Of a stretch of DNA of 50,590 nucleotides, positions 48,490-50,590 are shown piece after piece. Within the stretch, counting starts at the first letter, position 1. Every line of letters starts with the position of its first letter. The stretch is from Octopus bimaculoides. Lineage: Eukaryota. The DNA lies in contig NC_068987.1 of the NCBI RefSeq assembly GCF_001194135.2, positions 59,735,429 through 59,786,018 on the forward strand. Reading direction: 5' to 3'. The position numbers and the translations under genes are program-made. Below the pieces are notes generated by a model. The model was not told the DNA's origin. It ran no database searches and worked only from the letters and a program-made list of their open reading frames with translations.

Positions 48490-48535
48490 CGCAGTCTGAT
48501 GACAGAGGATAAGCTGAAACTTCGAAGTCCCTTTC
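48490..48535 (+). ncRNA. Degenerate minimal type I hammerhead ribozyme motif (Penelope pLTR-like)
   Basis: CTGATGA 48496-48502, GAAA 48516-48519, palindromic helix III ACTTCGAAGT, GTC 48527-48529, upstream pyrimidine-rich tract. Helices I and II are poorly paired. Confidence 0.5.
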
Positions 48536-48628
48536 AAACTTTACCTTGTAAAAATGAGTATGTGTGTATGTGTGTGTGCATGTAGGAGTGTGCATATGTA
48601 TGTATAATACACGTATACAGGGTGGGGT

Positions 48629-49841
48629 GTTCATTAAAGATTTTCTCTCACCCACTTCCTGTTATTGCAGGAAATGGAACTTGTACATATATAAATACAC
48701 ACGTCTCTACATGTCACATTGTAAATTGCAGCTTTCCACTTGTATTCGTTTGATTTTTTACGGTTGCTTAAGTGGGCTAAGGTGTTATAATGGAGGCAGT
48801 TGAATCTAGATCAGGAATTAGGTTCTTATACTTGAGAGGTCGTACACCAAAAGAGACTTTCGATGATATGAAAGAGGTTTATGGTGACTATACACCATCA
48901 TACGTCGTAGTCAAGCACTAGTATCGCCAGTTCAAATGTGGTCAGACATCGCTGGAAACTGTTCCTATTCCTGGGCGACCACATTCCGCCATTGCTGAAG
49001 ACCCCATCCATAAAGTAGAAGCCGCCATTTCGGAGGATCGCCACATTACTATTCGGCAACTAGCCCAAGAAGTGAAGATAAGTGTAGGGTCCGTGGAGAA
49101 ATCCTTCACGACAATTCACACATGCAGAAGTCGTCTGCTCACACATTTTCAGAAGCAAGAACGAGTCAATTGCTCCCAGGCTCTTAGCAACATGCCAAGA
49201 AAACGAGGAAGAATTTTAGGCAGACTTATCACTCAGGATGAAACATCACTATGATACTGAGATTAAAATCCAGTCGAAGTAATGGAAGCATGATAACTCA
49301 CCGCCTCCAAAGAAGGCTTGTATCCAACCCTCAGCAGGCAAGGTGATGCTCACAGTGTTTTGGGACCAGCGCGGAGTAATGATAATGGATTTTCTGGCAA
49401 AGGGCACCACAATTAACGGGGTATATTATACTTCTAGCTGCTGAAATTGCGGTACGCCATCAAAGCAGAGAGGCGTGGCATGCTGACCAAAGGTATCCGC
49501 CTCTTCCAAGACAATGTCCCGGTTCATAATGTACATGTTGTGCAGATGAAAGCATATTCTTGCGGCTATGAAATCCTTCCTCATCCCTCTTACTCTTCTG
49601 ATCTCGCACCATCTGACTATCACCTCTTTCCAGCCATGTAGTCTTTTTTGAAGGAAAAAATACTTTTCGGATGATGATGAACTTATTTCTGAGGCAAAGT
49701 TTTGGCTCCAGACGCAAGCTACCGATTTATACAGACGGGGTTTTCACAGCTGCATACAGCGATGGGAGAAGTGTGTCACCATTGGTAGTGGCTATGTAGA
49801 GAAGTCCTTAGGAAGTAGGTCAAGGAAAATCTTTGATGAAC
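48629..49841 (+). mobile_element. Mariner (D,D34D) DNA transposon, near full length, inactive
   Basis: Inverted repeats GTTCATTAAAGATTTTC 48629-48645 and GAAAATCTTTGATGAAC 49825-49841 (16/17 match). Broken ORF from ATG 48790 with GRP, ITQDET, SAGKVMLTVFWD, FQDNVPVH and HPSYSSDLAPSDYHLF. Confidence 0.95.
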
Positions 49842-49943
49842 TAGACGATTTCTATCCTCGGTTAGCAACCGCGTTTTCGGTAGCTTTCAATCAGGATTGA
49901 AACAGTTTCGTTTCTCATTTGAGATTCAGCATAAATTGCTTAC

Positions 49944-50031
49944 ATCTGCTTTCCAAGTATCTGACAATCATCAGTATAAAACTGCTTATAGAAATTGTAA
50001 ACAAGATCATCAGTAGCAAAACTGAATTTAC
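49944..50031 (-). CDS. Candidate 88-nt internal exon (unassigned)
   Basis: TTATTCCTGTACCATTAG acceptor and GTAAGC donor. Two open frames: GKFSFATDDLVYNFYKQFYTDDCQILGKQ, or hydrophobic VNSVLLLMILFTISISSFILMIVRYLESR. Confidence 0.35.
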
Positions 50032-50317
50032 CTAATGGTACAGGAATAATGACAATAACTTGACATTAATAGAGAAACTGTACATTATAGTTATGAATAA
50101 ATATGTACACGGAGCATAATTACGTCAAAAAGAATATGTTTTATTTCCTTCTTTGTTGACATAAAATTATAGTTGTAATACTTTTTAAATGTTATACAGT
50201 GAATTACTTAGTATTTACGATAGTTAAACACTTCAGGTTAAAAGAAAGATATTTTCCTTTACATATACATTGGGTAGCTTTAAATTTGTTTCATAAATGT
50301 AAAATAGGTTGTTTTAT

Positions 50318-50590
50318 TCATATCATCATTTGTTCTTGTATACAGACCAGACAAAAAGATTTACCTTTTTCATATAGGAAATATCTAGATACAAGCTTCG
50401 ATTCCAAAGATATAACTATTAAGTCTCATCCTGGTGGCTCCCCAGTATGCAGTTTGCTCATAGCTATGGTGAAAGTTTCCGGGTCAGTTGTATATGTTTG
50501 ACCCTTAATGTTAGTACAATATTCTATCTTTATTTTATTTAGCCACGACGCATTATTATCGAGCAGTATACTCCTAATCATGGCACGCGC
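50318..50590 (-). other. Reading frame entering from the window edge, F5/8 type C (discoidin)-like, with one in-frame TGA
   Basis: ARAMIRSILLDNNASWLNKIKIEYCTNIKGQTYTTDPETFTIAMSKLHTGEPPG*DLIVISLESKLVSRYFLYEKGKSFCLVCIQEQMMI*. The domain resemblance is by eye only. Confidence 0.3.

Overview
AT-rich, repeat-saturated eukaryotic scaffold with about 13 N-gaps, most of them sitting inside microsatellites. The tRNA-derived SINE families and microsatellite load suggest an octopus or other coleoid cephalopod (inference). Nearly everything identifiable is decayed mobile DNA. Retroelements: a CR1/L2-group LINE (35-1560), R4/Dong-clade RLE LINEs (4080-4920, 15892-16211, 22230-24385), two stacked HERO-like RLE 3' ends (10270-11765), a Tx1/L1-clade LINE (30980-32737) and Penelope-like elements (36545-38720, 41040-41440, with a pLTR-like remnant near 48300-48560). 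DNA elements: Tc1 and mariner transposons and Helitrons. There are also more than 25 SINE copies from two modular families. No intact host gene, rRNA, true tRNA or CRISPR array could be supported, only a few weak candidate exons, mostly on the minus strand near the right end. The most interesting leads are (1) a discoidin-like reading frame at the window edge broken by a single UGA, (2) hammerhead-core motifs in a HERO 3' UTR and in the Penelope pLTR-like remnant, (3) a Helitron next to a tandem empty copy of its own target site, and (4) SINE (ATT)n tracts that coincide with Dong-type insertions. All family assignments come from motif recognition by eye; no database search was run.
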